Assembly (NCBI GenBank): GCA_964016885.1
Contig: OZ024743.1
Coordinates: 62,434,001-62,498,000, forward strand
DNA from: Eledone cirrhosa
Lineage: Eukaryota
Direction of reading: 5' to 3'
DNA: 64,000 bases
The position numbers and the translations under genes were made by a program. Within the stretch, counting starts at the first letter, position 1. Every line of letters begins with the position of its first letter. The notes beneath the pieces are model-generated. The model ran no database searches and was not told the origin of the DNA. It worked only from the letters and a program-made list of their open reading frames with translations. Positions 53,976 to 64,000 of the stretch are shown here, in pieces.

Positions 53976-56463
53976 ATGATGGAATTCTTTAGGTTTCTAA
54001 CATCTCTCAAAGATATACCTTTACCATCTAAAGAGGAATACATGAGAAATGTTATTGGACAAACAAACTCCTTCATAAGGAGACTGGGGTGGCGTGCTTT
54101 TCATTTTGAGAAAAAAGAAACAAATAGGAAAAACAACACAATTTCGAAAATATCTTTAAATCCAGGAAAAATCCTCCGTACAATAAACTCCTGGAAAATT
54201 TTGAAAATGAAATTTTTAATATATTAAGGAGGATAAAATTTAAGAAAAACCCATATAAAGGCCAGGAATACCTTAGAAGTCTGAGAGAAAAAATTATTGA
54301 TATAAAAAAAGTAAATAAAATATTAGTGAAATCAGACAAAACCAACAACTTATATGGGATAGAAAAAACAAAATATAAGGACTTAATTTTAAAGGAATTG
54401 AGAAAGAATTATAGAAAAGCCCCGGCTGAAGATCTAGTGGATATCAATAATGATGCTTTTGAAATAATCACCAATCTCGGAATTGAAAGGAGGACCGAAC
54501 CTTTCATACCAAGGCAACCGCGGATAAATTTTAAAGACCATAAAGGAAATTTCGAAGAGGACTTGCCTGTTAGACTCATCGCACCTTCGAAGTCAGACAT
54601 TGGAATAATTAGTAAAAACAAAATAGATAGGATTTAGCCAACATTAAAATTGAGGTCATGGTTTAACTTAAGGAAGGGCACTGGTGAAGTCATTGATTGG
54701 TTTAAGAACATTGAAAATAAGAAAAATCATAAATTCATTCAAATGGACATAGCGAGTTACTACTCCTCAATAACTCCTAACCTTTTGAAGAAGGTACTTT
54801 CATACGCATATAAACACACTGATCTATCTAGTGAGGAGATTAATATTATTTTAACGGCTAGGCGAACCTTGATTGACTTTAATAATAATTTTTGGATTCG
54901 TTCGGATAGGCAGAAAAATTTCGACATTACTGTGGGATAGTCCGATTCTGCGCAAGTTACCGATCTTCTGGGAATTTTCATCCTTAATATGATAAATAGA
55001 AAACTGCCGGAGATTACCGGTGGTTTATATAGAGATGACATATTATTTACTGTAGTTAAACATAGCAATAGTGAATTAAATAGAGTAAAGAAAGTAATTA
55101 TAGAATTCTTTAAAAATTACGACCTGAAATTAGAAGTAGAAAATAACAGTAAAATAGTTAACTTTTTAGACGTAGCGCTTAATTTAAACTCAGGCCTATA
55201 TTACCCCTTCCATAAACCCAATGAAAACCTTAATTATGTTAGTTTTTATTCTAATCATCCTAAATGTATTAAAAATGCAATAGTCAATAGTGTTCAACAA
55301 CGTATAACTAGATTATCTGCTAACAAATCCATTTTTAATAGTAAAGCAGGATATTATAATGAAGCGTTACATAAAGCAGGATATAAAAATAATATTGAAT
55401 ATGTAGAAAATAATAATAGTAATTATAAACAAAATATTCATAATAATAGGAATAATATAAATAAAACTGTAAAAATAAAAATATAAATATAAATAAAAAT
55501 AAAAATTTGGAGAATAAATCGGTGAAAACAAATTAGAACTAGATCTATTATTTGGTATGCCCCACCAGCATCTTTAGCTATTAAAACGCCTTTAGCACAT
55601 TTATTTTTCAAAGCCTTGGATAAATGTTTCCCTAGATCACATAAGTATTACTCTATCTTCAATAGACACACAGTTAAACTTTCGTACTCTACAACCATGA
55701 ATATGGCTCAAAATATTGCAAAAATTAATAGCAGAATTCTTAATTCAAACCAACATATAATTAGCGACAATAACAATAGTAATAATAATAATACAATAGT
55801 TATTGAGAATAACAATAACAATAATTTAAACACATATAGTAGAACACCTACAAATATTAACAATGATAATATGAACTGTTTAGATTATAGAAATAGCATG
55901 AAATTGAACTGTAACTGTAGAAGGAAATCCGAATGCCCTTTACAAAATAACTGCCTTGATAAGAATTTAGTATATAAATGTACCATTAAAACAAATAATT
56001 GTTTCTACTTTTGGCACAAGGCCAGCAATTATCCAGTGTATTACTAGTACTTTATTTTATCGACCCCGTAAGGATAAAAGGCAAAGTTAACCATTAAAAC
56101 AAATAATAATATTACTTATAACTATATAGGTGCAACTTCATCGAACTTTAAACTTCGATTTTCCAATCATAAACATTCTTTTTCTAATCCAGATAAAATA
56201 TTTTCTACTTCATTATCACAATTAATATGGTCTTTAAAAGAGAAAAATATGAAATACTCAATTTCTTGGGTTAAACTTAGAAACTCAGAATCCTATCGAA
56301 ACCATTCCATTTCACCAAACTGCAATCTTTGCAATTTTGAGACTCTATTAATATTGCTAATTATGGTAATTTAATTAATAAAAAAGTGAGTTATTTTCAA
56401 ATTGCCTCCATAAATCTACAAAAACATTTCAGGCATCATATAAATTTAGGAAAAAACATTGAC
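53976..56463 (+). pseudogene. Disrupted PLE RT + GIY-YIG ORF
   Basis: SLKDIPLPS..FIRRLGWRAFHF, KSDKTNNLY, KDHK, VRLIAPSKSDIG, MDIASYYSSI, FDITVG*SDSAQ, GGLYRDD, CNCRRKSECPL, LVYKC...YIGATS, CNLC; stops and frameshifts. Confidence 0.9.
56000..56089 (-). mobile_element. 5'-truncated SINE inserted in the PLE GIY-YIG region
   Basis: SINE core flanked by an 18-bp direct repeat ACCATTAAAACAAATAAT (55982-55999 and 56090-56107). Confidence 0.88.
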
Positions 56464-57713
56464 TGAGTGAGAAAAGATATTGATTTTTAAATTCTTGTTT
56501 TTATTAGTATTACGTAAAATGTTTTACCTCACCTTTACATGCATATCGGTTCTTTTATATAGTAAGTTAATCTCTTGATTGACTAAATACCTTTAGTTTG
56601 GTTTTTGAATCCTCATTTTATGTCTTGAATTTTCTAAATTTCAGATCTGAAATACCTTCAGGATTTCAAACCTTTTAGTTATTTTAAACGTTTAGATATG
56701 TTGTACGGAGCTTTTGTTTACATTTATCGTGTATAATTTTCGTTTTATCCTAATTGATTAATAATCTGTATTTAACTTGACCTATAGTATTGAATACAAT
56801 AAGATTTGGTTGAATCGAAATAATAATACTTTCAAGAGTAAATATAACTAATAATTAATCCTATATGTAATTGACAACTATTGATTTAAATAGTATTGTT
56901 TATCATATTTATAATTCTAAACGTTATATAAAATGCATATACAGATGCTGATATGCAATTAAGTTATGATAAATACTCTCATACTTATTTACTATATTTA
57001 TAAACATCATTGGTACTTAATAATGTTTATAACTAAATATTGAATATATTTATATATTTATTAATTTAACTATGCTCCTGATTATCTTTGAAAATATTTT
57101 ATATTGTTTAATTTTGATATAATATAATAGTATAATTTGCTCAAATATAACCAAATAATATAGATTAAAATTTCACGGTATTTAATTGATCGCTTCTACC
57201 TGACTTAATATTTGGAGAAAAAAAACGGTCACGCATCATGTCCCTTTCTTCTTTCTTTCTTTCTTTTTTATCTCTTTTCCTTATGCAGTTATATATTCTA
57301 TCATCTCTATCTCCCTCTCCCTTCTTTTTATCTTCATCTTTGTATCTTTTTTCCTTTTCTCTTCTATTTAGCACTCTCTCTCTCTCTCTTGTCTTTTTGT
57401 CTAACACGGATATTTACATATTTAAATATTTAACATTTATATATTTATGTGTTTATTTATTTATTTATTTATTTCTTCTATACTTTCTCCTACCCACCCA
57501 CTCCTAATACTTATATCTCGCTACTTACCCCTCTCCATCATATTTAGTTTGTCACACTTTTACTTGTGGTATATAAATATTGAGTTTTGTTGTAATAAAT
57601 CACTGCCAAGACTGGAATTGAACCATCAGCACAGTTGAGGTATGTCATACATCAATTTATGTATTTTATTTGATGAGGACATACTGAAAAAACAGCACAG
57701 TACCTCCGAAATA

Positions 57714-58398
57714 TCTATATATATAAAACTGAGGATGTCTGTGTGTGTGTGTGAGTATGAATCCCTAAAACTAGAGAACCACCCAACTGACTGTTTTTAA
57801 ACTTTCCACGTGTAATACTTATGTTTCAGGGAGTGTTCTGAGCAAAAGAAAAATTTCAAATTTTCAATGCCCTAGGGACCGCATTAGGCGATTTAGTGAT
57901 CTCTCTCTATAATTCTTAGTCTTTCTCTTTTTAGATAGATACATACATATAACGTCGCGCCCTTATAATATCTGTCTGTATGTCTGACTGTCTGCATTAC
58001 GTCACTTCCTACAATTCCCTCTCCATCCAGAACGCGACCTTATAATATATGTCTGCATGTCTGGCTGTCTGCTGCTCGTATTAAGTAAAAAAAACTTCAT
58101 TTTTTCAGCTTTTTAGGGCTTTTTTGAGGCGTTACGTCTAGCCGATTTTCCTGAAATTTCAAGGCATATTATGCACATAAAAAAAATCATTTTCTTGATC
58201 TCCTAGGGCCTGCATTAGGTGTAGACCTGCATTTTTCCTGCTTCATCGAGGAAAATCTAAAAGATTATCCAGTCATCAGAGTATTCGGTTTATTTTCTTT
58301 ACATATTGTCGGGGCATGCAGTTTTTCCACGATTAGGTCTGTTGGCGGCCCGCGTTCCAAAATACCTTATCCCGTGCAACGCCGAGTACCATTGCTAG
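57714..58398 (+). mobile_element. Non-autonomous Helitron (685 bp)
   Basis: A|TCTATATATATAAAAC ... CCCGTGCAACGCCGAG TACCATTG CTAG|T; no TSD; removing it restores GAAATATATATAATAAAGC as in the inverted pLTR copy. Confidence 0.88.
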
Positions 58399-58989
58399 TA
58401 TATAATAAAGCATATATTTTGATTATGTGAATGTATCCATTTATTAATATTTTGAATAATATTAATAACTCCAGAAAACTTCTTTGTTGAGCGCTTTTAA
58501 TCTATTGGAAAACTATATTCATTGAATAATCAATGAACCGTGTTTAACATTTGGTCATATATATTGTGAGTTGTGATGTTGCTATTCCATTCATGTTTTC
58601 TCACAATTAAGGACAAAATGAAAACACACACACATAGAACAAACAACTAACTAGTAACATATAAATAAACAAATAAATAAACAAATAAAAACACTCACAG
58701 ACACCCATATGTAACACATGCGCAAACTAAGCCCACAGCACACACCAAAACAAGATGACGTAGGACAGACAAAGGAGAGGCACAAAACAAAGAAAAGAAT
58801 CCCCAGTCGCTGAAGAGGTCCAACAAACCAACCGGAAATTTGTAAATTTTTAAATAAAAAATTTAATTGATAATAAATTGAAGTGAAAGCAACTGGTGCG
58901 TGTGTTTCTTATTGGCAACATGACCCTCCCAAAGCATAACAATATAGGTTTCAACACACGTTTTCAGATAAAGAATCTTGCTAAACAAA

Positions 58990-60425
58990 TTCAGAAACGA
59001 AATATATATATGTAGGAGGTGAGTTTTATTGTAGTACAATAAAGCAATGCAGATATCGGATAAGAAGCACTCTACAGTTTGTAGGACTGGAGTATACATA
59101 ATATATAAGATCAAAAGAGTTCCGTGTATTTTATTATGCGCATTTCAAAAACAAATATCATCATGCAATAATATTTGTGTTTTCATCAGATAAAATAGGA
59201 AGACATGATATGAAGGTTAAAAAACACTTGTGAATAGTGCAGTTTTAAATCAACATATGAAAAGTAGTTTTAGATTGATGTGTGATATTGGGGAAAAAAA
59301 AATTTGAGGGGGGGGGGGTGAAAAAGAGGAGGAGATGAGAATAAAAAATTGAGGGGGGGGAGTATAATGAGGAAGGATGAGATAGGAGGAGAGATGGGTG
59401 ATAGAGAGAGAGAGATAGCTTTTATAACTGAGAAAAATATATTGTTTTACATAGAGAGGTTGAAAAACCGTTGGAAGATAATGTATAAATTAAAAGAATT
59501 TGAAAATTAACGAAGAGAAAAATAATGTAAAGTTAAGGTTTGTATATTGAAGGGTTTAATAATATGTGCGATGAAAAGAAAATGTTAATATGTATTAAGA
59601 ATAATATTTACGGGTTTAATAATATGTGCGATGGAAAGAAAATGTTAATATGTATTAAGAATAATATTTAAGGGTTTAATAATATGTGCGATGGAAAGAA
59701 AATGTTGATATGTATTATTAAAAAAACAAAAGTAATGTAAGTAAGGATATATTGTGAGATGAGCATGAATAAGTTAGATGAAAGGGAGAAAAAAATAATG
59801 AATTGAGGATGAATTATCTAACGTCAAAAAAATGTGTTTATGTTTACGAAGGATTTTTTCAAGGTGATATAAGGTAAGAATATATTGTATTGTGTAATAA
59901 TTGTTTCTATGTTAGGCACAGTGAGAAAAGGTACAGATTAGGGGTTAGAAATTAAAAGAAAAAGAAAAGAAAAGGAAAAGGAAGAAAGGGAAGTGATAAA
60001 TAGGAGTGATATAGAATAAGTAACTAGTATTATATAATGTATAATAAATAACTTTGAAATAAGGTAGAAAGATGGGTATATTTTTAAAGAAGTATATATA
60101 TATATATGTGCCTTTGAGAAAAGGATTCTAAATTGATAAAGTATTGGATATTAGCTGTATACTTTATGGAATGTTCTGTGGAATTTATGCAAGCAGAGAG
60201 AAAACAAGTCAGTGCGTCTATTTATTATAGAATCTAAATTAGATATAATGGTAAATTTTTCATTTAGACAGAGATTGCAAGTCTTGGATAGAGAACTGTA
60301 TGAAGAAGCAGAAGAAACCTTTTTCCAAGAGATGTTATATTTAATATTTTTGTCTTTCAAGGACCATATGAGTTCTGAGAGAGCCGTGTTGGTTCTTTTA
60401 AGTTGGTTAAAAGAACCAACACGGC
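58990..60425 (-). mobile_element. Short 3' fragment of a Naiad-like PLE (C-terminal GIY-YIG region plus pLTR)
   Basis: TALSELIWSLKDKNIKYNISW...SKTCNLCLNEKFTII...INRRTDLFSLCLH at 60151-60425. Confidence 0.8.
59127..59197 (-). ncRNA. Minimal type I hammerhead ribozyme in PLE pLTR
   Basis: Minus strand: TATTTTAT CTGATGA AAACACAAATAT..ATATTTGTTTTT GAAA TGCGCA TA ATAAAATA; 8-bp stem I, palindrome ATGCGCAT. Confidence 0.87.
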
Positions 60426-60468
60426 TATATATGTATATATATACATATATATATATGTATATATATAC

Positions 60469-61002
60469 ATGTAAGTATGTATGTATACGTACATACATAT
60501 ATGTATACAGACGTACAGTAGCATGCATATATATATATATATATATATACATACATATACATATATACATACAGGTACACATACATATATGCACACATCA
60601 GTTTAGCGGACGCTTATTATAACGCCGCTTTGTTCGTTTGTAAACAAACTGAACAGCCTGAATTTATGCCATACGGTGTTAAGGCAACCACGTCACCTTT
60701 TTTTTCAACACTGACACAGGAACGATGTACTAGTTTCAAGCTTGTTAGCTATCATCAGCACCGTTTACCCATCTGCCAGATAGTTGAACGTTCGAAAGTA
60801 TATACTTTCCTTATGAAAATTAACGGCTGAGCAGCCTAATTTGCATATTGAGTGAGTTAAATCGGTCAGGCATACCGAAAACGATAAGTTGAAAAAAATG
60901 AAAACGAAATTTCATTTCTCACTCTTAGTATGGCACTTACTTAAATGTAAGTATGTATGTATACGTACATACATATATGTATACAGACGTACAGTAGCAT
61001 GC

Positions 61003-61033
<31 letters not shown>

Positions 61034-63862
61034 CATATACATATATACATACAGGTACACATACATATATGCACACATCAGTTTAGCGGACGCTTATTAT
61101 AACGCCGCTTTGTTCGTTTGTAAACAAACTGAACAGCCTGAATTTATGCCATACGGTGTTAAGGCAACCACGTCACCTTTTTTTTCAACACTGACACAGG
61201 AACGATGTACTAGTTTCAAGCTTGTTAGCTATCATCAGCACCGTTTACCCATCTGCCAGATAGTTGAACGTTCGAAAGTATATACTTTCCTTATGAAAAT
61301 TAACGGCTGAGCAGCCTAATTTGCATATTGAGTGAGTTAAATCGGTCAGGCATACCGAAAACGATAAGTTGAAAAAAATGAAAACGAAATTTCATTTCTC
61401 ACTCTTAGTATGGCACTTACTTAAATGTAAGTATGTATGTATACGTACATACATATATGTATACAGACGTACAGTAGCATGCATATATATATATATATAT
61501 ATATACATACATATACATATATACATACAGGTACACATACATATATGCACACATCAGTTTAGCGGACGCTTATTATAACGCCGCTTTGTTCGTTTGTAAA
61601 CAAACTGAACAGCCTGAATTTATGCCATACGGTGTTAAGGCAACCACGTCACCTTTTTTTTCAACACTGACACAGGAACGATGTACTAGTTTCAAGCTTG
61701 TTAGCTATCATCAGCACCGTTTACCCATCTGCCAGATAGTTGAACGTTCGAAAGTATATACTTTCCTTATGAAAATTAACGGCTGAGCAGCCTAATTTGC
61801 ATATTGAGTGAGTTAAATCGGTCAGGCATACCGAAAACGATAAGTTGAAAAAAATGAAAACGAAATTTCATTTCTCACTCTTAGTATGGCACTTACTTAA
61901 ATGTAAGTATGTATGTATACGTACATACATATATGTATACAGACGTACAGTAGCATGCATATATATATATATATATATATACATACATATACATATATAC
62001 ATACAGGTACACATACATATATGCACACATCAGTTTAGCGGACGCTTATTATAACGCCGCTTTGTTCGTTTGTAAACAAACTGAACAGCCTGAATTTATG
62101 CCATACGGTGTTAAGGCAACCACGTCACCTTTTTTTTCAACACTGACACAGGAACGATGTACTAGTTTCAAGCTTGTTAGCTATCATCAGCACCGTTTAC
62201 CCATCTGCCAGATAGTTGAACGTTCGAAAGTATATACTTTCCTTATGAAAATTAACGGCTGAGCAGCCTAATTTGCATATTGAGTGAGTTTAATCGGTCA
62301 GGCATACCGAAAACGATAAGTTGAAAAAAATGAAAACGAAATTTCATTTCTCACTCTTAGTATGGCACTTACTTAAATGTAAGTATGTATGTATACGTAC
62401 ATACATATATGTATACAGACGTACAGTAGCATGCATATATATATATATATATATATACATACATATACATATATACATACAGGTACACATACATATATGC
62501 ACACATCAGTTTAGCGGACGCTTATTATAACGCCGCTTTGTTCGTTTGTAAACAAACTGAACAGCCTGAATTTATGCCATACGGTGTTAAGGCAACCACG
62601 TCACCTTTTTTTTTCAACACTGACACAGGAACGATGTACTAGTTTCAAGCTTGTTAGCTATCATCAGCACCGTTTACCCATCTGCCAGATAGTTGAACGT
62701 TCGAAAGTATATACTTTCCTTATGAAAATTAACGGCTGAGCAGCCTAATTTGCATATTGAGTGAGTTAAATCGGTCAGGCATACCGAAAACGATAAGTTG
62801 AAAAAAATGAAAACGAAATTTCATTTCTCACTCTTAGTATGGCACTTACTTAAATGTAAGTATGTATGTATACGTACATACATATATGTATACAGACGTA
62901 CAGTAGCATGCATATATATATATATATATATATACATACATATACATATATACATACAGGTACACATACATATATGCACACATCAGTTTAGCGGACGCTT
63001 ATTATAACGCCGCTTTGTTCGTTTGTAAACAAACTGAACAGCCTGAATTTATGCCATACGGTGTTAAGGCAACCACGTCACCTTTTTTTTCAACACTGAC
63101 ACAGGAACGATGTACTAGTTTCAAGCTTGTTAGCTATCATCAGCACCGTTTACCCATCTGCCAGATAGTTGAACGTTCGAAAGTATATACTTTCCTTATG
63201 AAAATTAACGGCTGAGCAGCCTAATTTGCATATTGAGTGAGTTAAATCGGTCAGGCATACCGAAAACGATAAGTTGAAAAAAATGAAAACGAAATTTCAT
63301 TTCTCACTCTTAGTATGGCACTTACTTAAATGTAAGTATGTATGTATACGTACATACATATATGTATACAGACGTACAGTAGCATGCATATATATATATA
63401 TATATATATATACATACATATACATATATACATACAGGTACACATACATATATGCACACATCAGTTTAGCGGACGCTTATTATAACGCCGCTTTGTTCGT
63501 TTGTAAACAAACTGAACAGCCTGAATTTATGCCATACGGTGTTAAGGCAACCACGTCACCTTTTTTTTCAACACTGACACAGGAACGATGTACTAGTTTC
63601 AAGCTTGTTAGCTATCATCAGCACCGTTTACCCATCTGCCAGATAGTTGAACGTTCGAAAGTATATACTTTCCTTATGAAAATTAACGGCTGAGCAGCCT
63701 AATTTGCATATTGAGTGAGTTAAATCGGTCAGGCATACCGAAAACGATAAGTTGAAAAAAATGAAAACGAAATTTCATTTCTCACTCTTAGTATGGCACT
63801 TACTTAAATGTAAGTATGTATGTATACGTACATACATATATGTATACAGACGTACAGTAGCA

Positions 63863-63902
<40 letters not shown>

Positions 63903-64000
63903 CATATACATATATACATACAGGTACACATACATATATGCACACATCAGTTTAGCGGACGCTTATTATAACGCCGCTTTGTTCGTTTGTAAACAAACTG
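60469..64000 (-). mobile_element. Tandem array of repeat family A (476-480-bp units, more than 7 copies, runs off the window), one minimal hammerhead per unit (candidate non-LTR retrozyme)
   Basis: Minus strand AACGGTG CTGATGA T AGCT AACA AGCT T GAAA CTAG TA CATCGTT at 60721, 61201, 61677, 62153, 62630, 63106, 63584; units are nearly identical apart from microsatellite and poly-T length. Confidence 0.92.

Larger units (their letters stand above)
53357..58560 (+). mobile_element. Near full-length decayed Naiad-like PLE: inverted pLTR (53357-53773), direct 5' pLTR remnant (53771-53925) and 3' pLTR; carries nested SINE and Helitron
   Basis: 53357-53773 is the reverse complement of about 57309-57713 plus downstream bases; 53771-53925 repeats directly at about 58405-58560. 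Confidence 0.85.

Overview
AT-rich animal genomic DNA; the SINE, microsatellite and transposon repertoire suggests a cephalopod such as Octopus (inference). The left half (1-30 kb) holds the 3' end of a plus-strand MEGF6/MEGF10-like multi-EGF gene: five symmetric phase-1 EGF exons plus a probable terminal exon encoding RRRGD. Its introns carry a 12.5-kb 31-bp satellite, a 35-bp minisatellite, tRNA-derived SINEs, MITEs and decayed LINEs. The right half (33.5-64 kb) is a (TA)n-anchored nest of mobile DNA: five Penelope-like retroelement (PLE) copies (RT and/or GIY-YIG; one with an uninterrupted 932-codon ORF and a 1.07-kb inverted terminal duplication), non-autonomous Helitrons, and two unrelated families of non-coding tandem repeats (about 420-480 bp and about 561 bp). 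Each full monomer of these repeats carries a type I hammerhead ribozyme with a palindromic stem III, making them candidate non-LTR retrozymes / circular RNA templates. About 21 hammerhead motifs were read by eye. Junction geometry suggests the retrozymes are mobilised by PLE machinery, and one PLE's 5' end maps exactly to its predicted hammerhead cleavage site. No searches or folding programs were run.
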